Positions 39,469 through 51,020 of a DNA stretch of 64,000 bases are shown here, piece by piece. The first letter of the stretch is position 1; each line of letters opens with the position of its first letter. Position numbers and translations under genes: made by a program. The notes below the pieces were generated by a model that was not told the DNA's origin, ran no database searches, and saw nothing but the letters and a program-made list of their open reading frames with translations. The stretch is from the human T2T-CHM13v2.0 reference genome, Homo sapiens. Location of the stretch: the NCBI RefSeq assembly GCF_009914755.1, contig NC_060930.1. One strand, written 5' to 3'.

Positions 39469-41819
39469 TTTCACCTGGAGGCTGGCATGACACTTCCAGA
39501 GAAAAGTCCTAATTGCCACTTGTTTAGTGCGCTCTACGGTGTCTCGGCAGAGGTTAACACACGGAATACATCTGAATTGCGTTCCAAGTTTGGACAGGCC
39601 AAACTGCCTTGCTTTATCAGGCACCGAGCCGGAGATGCGAGCAGTGACTTCCAGGGCTCCTCAGGCTGCTGCCTGCACGGCCATTTCCACCTGTTTGGTG
39701 GAAGTGCTCTCTGTTAAGCCTTGGTTTTGCCCTGGAGTTACGCTTCTCTGTTCTCTGTTTTTCAATGCAAGATAACCATGACCCCCAACAGCTCCTGCCT
39801 GAAAGCAGATCCTCAGAGACACTGAACCCTTTCCCCTCCTATCTTGACATCAGGCACCACCCACTCCTTTCCCAAGAAAGAGAAACCCTCATCACATTAC
39901 ATTTTAGTTACAAACTGTGGTGCTTAATCTCATATTGCTACTTATTACTTATATAAACTTGTTTTCCATGTTCAGTTGCTGTTTTTCTATCTGTGAGAAA
40001 TTAGATGCCTTGACATTAGTTAGCAACCACAGTAATTTTTTCTCTAAAATTAATGAAAATATGTCTTCATTTAATGGCTTTTCATTTAGGGGCAGGGTTT
40101 TTAGAAATCAGTAGAAGTCCTTGAATGAGGGATGAGTATCCTCATCCTGGACTTCCTGAGCTTTACCTCTGCCTGCAACTGAAGCTTGTGACCAAGGGCT
40201 TTGAGTTTGCTGAGGCCTCTTGGGAAGGCCAGAGCCGTTCCCAGTGGGGCCCAACAAGGCAGGGTGAGGCAAGCTCTCTGGACCCATCTACTCTCAGGAG
40301 GTCCCCAAGATGACAGCTGGATTGGCATCACTCTCTGCAGGAGACAGGACTCACGGCCTCTCCTGCTCAGAGGCAGCCATGCACCAGGCTTTTCCCATGT
40401 TCCCAGCCTCCCCTGTTGGGGCGTTCTGCACAGTTCCTCCAGATCACAGCACCCTGCCTGCCTCAGGATGACAGAGTCCATCCCAAACCAGCATGCTTTT
40501 AGGATGAGGCCCTGGCAGCTGGGCTGTGAGTGGACGGAGAGAGGGCAGGCCTGCAGGTTGGGAGAGACTGTGAGGGCGCTCACACTGAATTACAGCAGCC
40601 CAAGGTGGCAGGAAGTGAAGGACACAGAACTGTAAGGGGTGTCCCTGAGGGGACTGGGCTGGGAGGAGGGGGCAGTGGGCTACAGGGGTGGGGCAGATGA
40701 GTTTGGTTTTGGATGTGGCACGTGGGCTGTGTGTGGGCTCTCCCAGCAGACATGTCCAGCGGGTAGCTGAGCATAGCACATAGCTGCAGGGTCCAGAGGG
40801 AGGTCTGGGCAGAGACAGAGGAGGCCGGGAGCTGGGGGGAAGCCAGCAAGGGTAATGGAGCCGACAGCGAAGGGCTCACTGGAGAGGGCAGGCCTATTCT
40901 CTGCATTTTCATGCACTCCTTTCACTAGCTTCTTCCTTTGGGGTTTCAATGTGTCTCCATCTCAGAGTTTCTTTTACTTAAATCCAAATATCCGCAGAGG
41001 GGTGACATTCTAAGCTTTCATATTAATCAAATTTTACAGAACTATACTCAAATTAAACAAAGAAAAATAAAACGATGGGGGTGGATGTATTGGCCCAAGT
41101 CAATACAAAGTTTGGAGCTCCAGATACGGCTGGGTCCCGCTGCTCAAGCCTTGTCAACAGGACTGTTCCGACTCCTCTGTGAGCTGGCTTCATATATGGG
41201 GGCAGGGATGGCCCCTGGCAACCCCAGGTGTTCACTCTACTAGCTAGAAAACTCTCACAGAAAGAGGGCACCTCTCCAAAACCCTGACATTAATGAATTT
41301 GTGAGGCTGGGGCCAGGAGTCCACCTGGAGCCAGGAGTGAGATCAGCCCTGCTCAATCCACGTGGTCTCAGAAGAGTAGGGAGATCCCCCAGTCAAAAGC
41401 CGGGAACTGTGACCTGAGGTGAGGTCTGGGATGGAGGCCATCGTGGGGCCACTAAGAAAAAAAGGGCCTAGCTTGCTGAGGGCTGCACAGGGCAGAGCTG
41501 TGGTGCCATCCCTGGGAGACTTTACCTGGACTTTTACATGAGAGAGAAATCCAGTTTCATCTTGTTTAACTCATTCAGAGTTCACACCTGTTGCTCCCAG
41601 TCCAGCCTAATCCTATTGAACTCAAGCTCTGTGGGGGCACAATAAGAAGGGTCTGGGGGCAATGGGGCACTGGGGCTTTTCTGAGAAGGGGGTATTGGAG
41701 CTCCAAAGCCTGAGGCCAGCCCTAAGGGACACAGCTTCCCCCACCTTCTTACCTCCTCCTCACACCTGCACACAGACCACTCCATCAGGATCCTGTATCT
41801 GGAGGGGACCCCAGAGAGC

Positions 41820-43735
41820 ATCACTCGCTCCCTTGGCAAACAGGTACTGTGCACCTGCTCCACACAGGCCTTGCGGACATGAGGCTAATGAGACATGGCC
41901 CCTCAGAAGTTCCATGTAGAGGGGACGATGAGAGGCAGGGAGAGCTGCAGCGTGCAGGGTGTGAAGGAAAGTCAGAGAACTGGGTCCTGGAGGCCAAGCG
42001 GGATTTGCCAGATAGGAGAGAGTGTTCTAGACGGGGGAAAGGCAAAGATGAGTATGGGAGAGCGGCACGTTCAGGGAACAGCAAGGAATTCCCCGTGACT
42101 GGAGTGTGGGGGGCCTGGTGCAGGAAGACGGGGAGCAGGGCCAGGCCCCCAGGGTCTTGCATGCCTACAGATGATGCTCAGCTTCCAATGGAGGCCACTG
42201 GGGGATTCTGCAGGTGGGAGGCTATGAGGTCAGATTTAGGATCCCAGCTTGACAGACAAGGAAACAGGAGTTTAAAGTCAGGAAGCCTGGGGCCTGGCCC
42301 CTCATTTGTCAGAGGTTCTCAGTACACCAGCCGGCTGGCCCCACGCTGCTCTCTGGGTGGGTGCCTCTCAGAGAGATGCCCCTCAACCTCTCCTCTGTTC
42401 TTCCTCCCAGGTGCCTGCCTCAGCCTGTACGCAGATGTGCAGTAATGTTCCCACTTTGCTGGAGCTACAGGAGGTCACCAGAGGAGCTAGAGCCGAGAAA
42501 GGGAGACGGTGGCCTCCTGGGGGCAGTCCCATTTTGGGGAAAGGCCTCACCCAGGGGTCAGTGTTGGTTCCCAACCTGCTTGGGTGCCAGGGTAACATGG
42601 GTGAGCTGTGGAACCTGCTCTGTCAGCTCCTCTGCGGTGTTAGACCCCAGGACTTTGGCTTGGGACTTGGGAATAAATAAAGCTCAGTCCCTGCCCCCAG
42701 GGAGCTTACCACCAGGAGGACAAGGCAGGTCTGCAGACAATTATGATGCAGAAGGAGCTTGGTGGCCATAGCCATTTCTTGGTACAAATATATAGTCACA
42801 TTGATGAGTAAACCCTCCTGTCGGAATCTGAAAGCCCTCATCTGCTCATGGAGTCCCTCAGCTTCTCACAATCCCTTCACCATCTGGCCCTTGCCTCTCA
42901 TCAGGTCCAAACCCAATCTAACAGCTGAACAGGAAACAGACCCCATCCTGTATCCACTACTGTCCCACCCACTGTCTTCACTGACCCCTCCCCACAAAGA
43001 AAAACCAAATAGGGCCTTGCAGGATGAATGGGAAACATTTGGGTGGGCAGGAGGCAGCACGGGAGCAGCCAGGGGTGGGGTGGCAAATGCCCGGCTGTGG
43101 CTGGAGCTCAGGTGTGTGTTACAGGAGGTGATAGGAACACTGGGAACAGTGGAGAGTGGTGGAGAGGCGGAGCCCACTCAGCTGTGGCAGGGACTTCAAT
43201 GTAGTCTGAGATGCTAGTGATGGGGAGCCACTGGCTATTCTTCAGGACAAGGGGCCTGGGCCCTCCTACCAGCACCCAGCGGGCCAGAGCTTCCCGCCGC
43301 AGCCCCTCGAACCCGAGGCCATACCTGCAGCTCCAACCCTGCCTGTTGCAAGCTCTCCTGGCTGCCCTGTCTCCAAGCCCAGCAACAGCTCCTCCAGTAA
43401 CTGCCAGAGTGTGGGTGTGTCAGAGCCTTCTGGGGGTGGTTCTTCACCTACAGACAGAGTCAGGGAGCTTCAGGTGCCTTCGCAGATGGAGTGGGCACTA
43501 TGCAATATGTTAGGACTCTTCTCGAGGGTGTAGGTTTGCACGGACAACAGAACCTCCCCTCACTCCCTTCCCTGCATCCCAAAAAGAGAGTCCTTGTCCC
43601 TCTGGCCCCCACAGCACCCTGTAGAGGCCTCTGTCATTGTCCTCTAGGGTCTGGGTCCCCTGATAAACTGCAGTTTCCTCAGCACCAGGCACATAGTAGG
43701 TGCTCAAGAAACGCCTATTAAGTGAGTGAGTGAGT
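41820..43735. mobile_element. Cluster of L2 fragments (mostly antisense; sense 3' end at ~43600-43735)
   Basis: L2 terminal motifs such as gcacatagtaggtgctcaagaaacg...gagtgagtgag; patchy, boundaries approximate. Confidence 0.5.
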
Positions 43736-43779
43736 GTGGTCAGGACGGCACAGGAGGTGAGTCTGTGGGTCTGTATGCC

Positions 43780-43782
43780 TGT

Positions 43783-43817
<35 letters not shown>
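43780..43817. repeat. (TG)n microsatellite
   Basis: Seen directly. Confidence 0.95.
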
Positions 43818-43899
43818 CAATGCCTGTCATAGCCTGGCCTGCATCTTACCTCACCCAGGGAAGTTCCTGGCAGGGCCAGGAGGAGGGGCTGGGTTTTCT

Positions 43900-44105
43900 T
43901 TCCTGCTCATTTGCATGACAGGTGTTGGCAGTTTATCTAACTGTGATAATGAAGAGGATGGGGGGTGCTAATTCCTTCTTGCTTTATTGAATCCACCAAT
44001 TCTTCACAGCCTCAGGGCCCTGAGAGGGGGTGATTAAAAGACACTTCAGCATGCTGGTTATTGCCAATTAACAGACTCCAATATAAACAATTAATAAAGC
44101 CACAG
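43900..44105. promoter_or_regulatory. Candidate enhancer (octamer/MEIS/homeobox)
   Basis: ATTTGCAT 43909-43916 overlapping TGACAG; CAATTA twice; AT-rich unique island. Confidence 0.35.
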
Positions 44106-44867
44106 TGGGAGGTGAGAGGGAGGGATTCAACCCCCTTGCCTCCACGAGTTCAAGCAGTTCCAGGGCCCCTGGGCCCAGCCACACCCAGATGGCCCTGCCC
44201 TGGAGGCTGGTGGTTAGGGCTGATGAATGCCTGAGAGGTGATATGAAGATGCCAGGGAGGAGAGTGCTGGTGAGGGCCACTTGGCCTCAGACTGGGGGAG
44301 GTGGGGGCTGCAAGCCCACCCCTGCCGAGTCGCCAATGAGGACACACCCAGGGGAGGGCAGGAACTTGCCCAAGGCCCCTGGGCCGACCAAGACAGTGCT
44401 CTTTGGACCATGTGTTCCATGCCCCTTGGGCCGGGCAGTGGCCCACCCTGATGGGTCTCCTCACCCGTCTAAGGTAAGGAGCTATCTCCAGTCACTGGCC
44501 TCTTAGGATGAGCCATGTGACTCCATTTCCCTTGCCAGGTTGCCCTCCTCACCTGCCGTGGTCCCTGTAACTTGACTTCTCATGCAGGAGAGGGGCCCAC
44601 CTGCCTGGGGGCAGCATTGCCTGTTAAGGGCAAGTCTCAGGGGTTGCAGCATGAGCTACCGAAAGGCACCGCTCTGAGCCACTGGGGCCACTCATGGCAC
44701 AAGCCAATCTCATGAAATCCTCAAACCCTCAGACCGACCTCAGCGGGAAGCAGGATTACAGGTGGGAAAACACTCATGCCTCAAGGGTCTAAGGAACTCA
44801 CTTCCACAACCCAAGTCACTCTTAGGAGCAGGTGGTGCAGGTGCCACGGGCCGCACGTGCTCTGGGC

Positions 44868-45198
44868 CAGGCGCCCCCAAGCTTGTGCTACAAAGGGCCG
44901 AATAGCACGTGACTGAGCTCTGCCAACCACACCGCCTGCATCACAGCCGCCTAATCTGCGCATGCAGGGCGAATGCAGCCAGAGACAATACGTAACAAAT
45001 GTGCGGCTGTGTCCCAAGAAAACTTTATTTATGGATGCCGAAATTTGAAATTCATATAATTTCACGTCACAAAATATTATTCTTATCTTGATTCATTTTC
45101 ACCCATTTAAAGATGTAAACCCATTCTTAGCTCTCAGACCATATAAAAATACGTAGTGGCCCCGATTTGACCCATGGGCCATAGTTTGCCAATCTCTG
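44868..45198 (+). mobile_element. MER58B (hAT-Charlie)
   Basis: ggctgtgtcccaagaaaactttatttatgga...gggccatagtttgccaatctctg; degenerate 8-bp TSD ctctgggc/atctaggc. Confidence 0.8.
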
Positions 45199-46251
45199 AT
45201 CTAGGCCTTAGCACTTTGGGATGTCTTGGGCATTCTAAAGGGAACTTCCTTGGGATATGACTCCTCAGGGGAGGGAGGACTGGGAGCTGAACTCCGTCCA
45301 GCTCAAAAAATGGGGGTGCCAGACCCTGTTCCACCAGAGAACCAAATGGCCACAAAGCATGGCCCATAAGGGACAGAGAGCCAGGCTGAGGGGCAGGTGT
45401 GGGTGGGTGCGAGCAGAGAGACAGACAAGGGGGGACCACTGGCTGCCCCACGACCCACTTGTGTTGGGGCAGGACAAGGACGACCACCCAAAATGGTGCT
45501 GAGCCTCAGCACCTGGACCTGGGACAGTTTCCTGCTCTTATATGGGACCATGGACATGTCTGATATTCTGGAACTTCAAAGCAAATCAAAGAGAAGGGAC
45601 TCAGAGGGAGCTCAGAAATTGTCTTTCTCTCCTCACCCCTATTCACCTCTTTCATTCAATCAACAAACATTTTTTGAGAATCTGCTAAAGGCGGCTTATT
45701 TTTCAGTTTGAGACAAAGCCTCCTGGTCTTGCAGCTGCCTTTGGAAATGCTCCTGGAGGAAAAAGGTTGTGTTTGGGGTTGCCAAGGACATTCTCGAGTC
45801 ACCCAGGAAGTGAGAGTAACTAGAGGACATCCCAGGTCCACAGAGCAGATAAGTAAATTTCTTGAGGGAATTCCTGTGTTTTTGCAAAGAAAGTCATGTA
45901 GCGAAGCCAATACTGTGTTCGAGGCAGCAGGAAGGTTTCCTGGAAGCCTTGGTGTAAAAGACAATAACGACAGATGTGAAAGAGTGCAGTGGCTTTGAAA
46001 AGTCAGGAAGTGAGCTTGCCATCTGGTCCCTGTTGGGTGCTCCATAGCTGTCCCTCCTCCTGCCTCAGCTTCCACAGGGCACCTCTCAGGCTGGGGGCAG
46101 GTAGCGGAACCAGAGCTCCATTGTCACAGCAGGGACCAGCTGCCCAGAGCCAGCCGCTGGTCCAGGGTTGGAGCAGGACACGTGCCTCTCCTTTCCTCAT
46201 CCTGCACCTTCGACCCATCAGAAATCCTGCTGGCTCTATCTTTAAAATGTG

Positions 46252-46990
46252 TCTCATTGTGGTTTTGATGTGCATTTTCCCCATGATTGGTGATGTTGAG
46301 CATGATTTCATATACCCGTTGGTCATTTGGATGTCTTCTTTTAAGAAATGTCTATTCAGGTCTTTTGCCTATCAAAACCACAAAGAGATATTACCTTACT
46401 CCTGTGAGAACGGCTATTATCAAAAAGACAAAAGATAACAAGTGTTGGCAAGGATGTGGAGAAAAGGAAACCCTAGCACACTGTTGGTGGAAATGTAAAT
46501 TAGAACAGCCATTATGGAAAGCAGTATGGAGGTTCCTCAACGTATTAAAAATAGAACTACCATATGATCCAGCAATCTCACTACTGGGAACGTACCCAGA
46601 GGAAATAAAATCAGCATGCTGAAAAAATATCTGCACTCAAATATTTATTGCAGCACTATTCACAATAGCCAAGACATGGAATCAAACTAAATGTCCTTCA
46701 TCAGATGAACTGATACAGAAAATTGGTACATACACACTGTGGAGTACTATTCAGCCATAAAAAAGAAGGAAATCTTGTCATTGTGACAGCATGGATGAAC
46801 CTGGAGAACACTATGTTAAGTGGAATAAACCAGGCACAGAAAGACACGTGATTCTCATGTGTGGAATCTAAAAAGTCATTCTCATAGACATAGAAAGTGG
46901 AGTTTGGTTACCAGAGGCTGGGGTGACCTGGGGGAGAGGGAATGGGAGGAGGCTGATCAAAGGATATATAATTACCGTTAGATAAGAGGG
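46252..46990 (+). mobile_element. L1MA with 5' inversion (46252-46370 antisense, 46371 onward sense)
   Basis: ORF 46287-46622 ends in L1 ORF2 C-terminus ([20 protein letters not shown]...ELPYDPAI); adjacent upstream L1 segment is inverted. Confidence 0.88.
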
Positions 46991-46994
46991 GGGA

Positions 46995-47285
46995 ACGTCC
47001 AGAATCGGGCAAACGTACAAAGACAGAAAGTATTCAATGATCAGTGATTGCCTGCGGCCAGAGGATGTGAGGGAGAGGAAAGGTTTCAGGGTTGGGGTGG
47101 GGAGTAGAAATTGGGAATGACCGCTGATGGTTGTGGGGTTTCTTTCTGATGAAAATGCCCTAAATTTGATTGTGGTGATGCTTGCACTCTGCAAACATAC
47201 TAAAAACCATTGGATTATACACTTTAAATGGGTGAATTGTAGGCTATGTGATTTATATCTCAATAAAGCCATTTTTTAAAAAGTT
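46995..47285 (+). mobile_element. L1MB/MC 3' end
   Basis: cactttaaatgggtgaattgtaggctatgtgatttatatctcaataaagc. Confidence 0.8.
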
Positions 47286-47295
47286 CCTCGAATCT

Positions 47296-47990
<695 letters not shown>

Positions 47991-47998
47991 CCTTGGAG

Positions 47999-48522
47999 CA
48001 GTGGTAGTACCTGGGGTCTGTGGATCCCCTACAGATCCCTGGATAGAATTCCGGGGGCCTGGGAATGTGGACAGGGAAGAATCACATCATTATTTTCACT
48101 CCTCTTTATTTGAACGTAGCACCTGTTTCCATTGCATGCATTAGCAACAAACCACAGAGGTGGTCCCAGAATCTGGGACTTTGTCACCCATAGAAAGTGC
48201 AGATCGTTTCAATGATATTATAATTGCAGCAGAAAACTTGAAGTCTCACTCATGCTCAACCCTACTTTGAGATGATGTGGTTTTAGATAGCCCCACTACG
48301 CAATTTCATTCTTTTAGTGCATTAATAAAGAAGCACATATATTGCTCCAGTACCATTTTTTCCTAATATTTTGATAGCTGTATTTTAATATAATTGGTTT
48401 CCTTTGAATCTTAGCTATTTTATTTTGCGGACTTAAAAATGCTATTCTGAGAAGGGGTCCATAGGCTTCCCCGGACACCAGAGGGGAAGAGCCCATGGCA
48501 GAGCAACAGGGAGGGTTCCCTG
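47999..48522. mobile_element. Charlie4a-like hAT DNA transposon
   Basis: taattggtttcctttgaatc...ttctgagaaggggtccataggcttc; length about 520 bp. Confidence 0.75.
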
Positions 48523-48659
48523 TCTGCAATTATACTGTGTGCAGAGAGGGCCCAACGCAAAGTTGGAGCTCAATCAATGGCAGTGGAAGGAAGGGAAGGT
48601 GAAGGAAGCAGGAGGGACTCAGCACAGAACAGACTCAGCTCATCAGTGAGGGCAGAGCC

Positions 48660-48860
48660 TGTGTCCATCTGCCCTGAGTTTGAACCTGGCTCCATCACAT
48701 CTTCAATGTGGAGCTTTGGGTGCCTTCTATAACCTCCCAGAGCCGCAGTTTCCTCATCTGCAAGATGGGACACAATCACATCTGCTTCATATGGTTGTTG
48801 TGAATATAAAACAGTATGCTTGGTTCATGGCCTGGGACACAGTGAGTGCGCAATAAACTC
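48660..48860 (+). mobile_element. MIR
   Basis: ctgagtttgaacctggctcc...cagtttcctcatctgcaagatggg. Confidence 0.75.
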
Positions 48861-50194
48861 TACAGATTTGGTCAGAGTGCTGGGCTTTTGTCCATGGCTC
48901 TGGCCCCTCAGCCAGGAAGGCAAAGGCGCCCCCGCACAGCTCTCCCTCTACATATGTCTGCGAATGCTAGGGCAACAGGGCCCCCACTGGCTCTGGGCAG
49001 GCCGGCCAGGGCTGGACCACAGGAAGGGGCTGCAAATGGGGAGGGAAGCACTGTCCGTCCAGGCTGGGCTGGGGGACACACCTGCATGGACATTCTTTTC
49101 TGGGGGGCAGAGGTGGGATTCTAATCATACTCCTGGGAGGAGATGCTTCCAAGACCTTACCTTGTGAGTCCGGAAGCATTTGTGGGGATGGCAATGCCAG
49201 GAAGGCCTCTGGGATGATTCGTTAGGAAGGGACCTGAGGGTCTGGGGCAAACCTGGCTCCACTGGCCAAGTTCTGGCCTGCTGCCTGAGTTTCCCTGTTT
49301 CTTCACTGAGACCCCATCCCAGGGGGTAGCTTCCTTGCCCTTCCTGCTTGGGGAGTCCTAGGTTGGCCTCTCCGTTCCCCTGGGCACCTTTTGCCCCAGA
49401 CCCAGCTTGCCAACCTTTTGCCCATCACAGCTAACTCAGAAAATAGAGGACAACCACACGAGAGGCCACCAGCCTTGCCGGCACCCCAGGGCGAAGGACG
49501 CGCCTCTTGGCAGCCTCCTTGTCCCAGCACAGGGGGCATGCTCCTGCCTCTGGGCCCTGGCCGGGAATGCTCTACACCCAAATGCCCACAGGGCTTGTCG
49601 CCGCCACGTCCTCTCATGTGGGCACAACTTCCAGCCTTCTCCACGTCCCGCCAGGGGGCTGGGGTGGTGGAATGACTTTGGAGCCTGTTTCCTCATCTGT
49701 AAATAGGACAGTAGCTCGGCTTCCTGGGGCTGGCTGTGAGGACAAGGGTGCTATCCATGCAGGTACACTGAGACTGGGGCCCTGTGAGGGCCGGTGGCCC
49801 TGCCCAGCTCTGCCTGGGCTTCCTGCCTGTTGTTCTGGGGTGGGATCTCCAGCCAGTCAGGGGCCTACCCTCCTGCCTTGCAGCCTCCCAAGCACACCAA
49901 TGCCCAGCAGCTCATTGGCCCCTCCCACTGTCCTGTTATACCACCTATTTTACAGACAGAGAATCCAAGGCTCCGAGAGGTGAGGTGACATGGCACCCAG
50001 GTCTTCTTACTGTGTGTCAGGCTGCATTCCTTCCTGTTGGACCGAGTCATATGACACAGTGTCTGCTTAAACCAACCTGTGGCGGTCCTGAGGTTCTATT
50101 GCTTGAGGTTCTATTGAGGTTCTATTGGGGCCAAATTTCTATGCCCAGTGTGATCAGGCTGTGTGAATTTGGGGGCTCTGTGGGGATACCAGCC

Positions 50195-50330
50195 TTCATT
50201 TATTGAGCCTCTACCATGTGCCAAGCATGTGACTCTGTGACTGGTTAATCCCCACAAGTCAAGGAGCAGGCAAGGTTGTCCCATTTTGAGACGGAGAAAC
50301 TGAGCCTAAGGGACAGCGCCAGGCGTGCAG
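50195..50330 (-). mobile_element. MIR
   Basis: atttattgagcctctaccatgtgccaagc...cccattttgagacggagaaactgag. Confidence 0.7.
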
Positions 50331-50894
50331 GATGTGGGTCTGTGCGCCACAGCACCGCCCGGGAGAAGGGGAGCAGGGATGAAGAGGAGGCGTAGACTCC
50401 ATCCCCCAAAAAAAAAAAAAGTAAAGGGAGTGCTGTCTTGAAGAAACTGCAAGTGTGTAGAGTCTGGGGACTCTGGAGGGAGATGAGGGCGGGTGCTGAT
50501 TCAGGAGACAGAGCTTTAGCCAGGAAAGCAAACTGGCAGCCACTTGGGAACCACCAGTAAGCCAAAGCACTGGCTAAAAAAATGTTGGTTGAGGAAGAAG
50601 GAAGCTGACAGCCTGGAACTCAGGTGGCTTCAGTGTGCAGACCTGCACCTCTGAGCCCAGCCAGGGTGAGGAAGGGGCTCCTAGGGACACAGGGTTCATA
50701 CTAGGCCACTGCTCCCCCAACCCTCCCCGACTTACATGGGCCCCCACTGGAGTCCAGAGAAAGGACTCAGCAAAAATTGGATGCAGTGGGTCCAGGGGTG
50801 TCACCGCCCAGGCCTGAGCCTCTTCAGGCTGTTTACCAGGGGTTAGGTAGCTGGGGAAGCACCAGGCAAGAGGGCATCTTATTGCCTTTGGTGG

Positions 50895-51020
50895 CTGTGT
50901 GTTTGTATGTGCTTATGCACGTGTGTGCACACGTGCATTGTGTATGCGTGTGCATATGATGCATGTGAATATTCACTTGCACATACATGTGTGAGTGTGT
51001 GTGTGTGAGTGTGTGTGCCT
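50895..51020. repeat. TG/CA-rich low-complexity tract
   Basis: Degenerate (TG)n seen directly. Confidence 0.75.
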
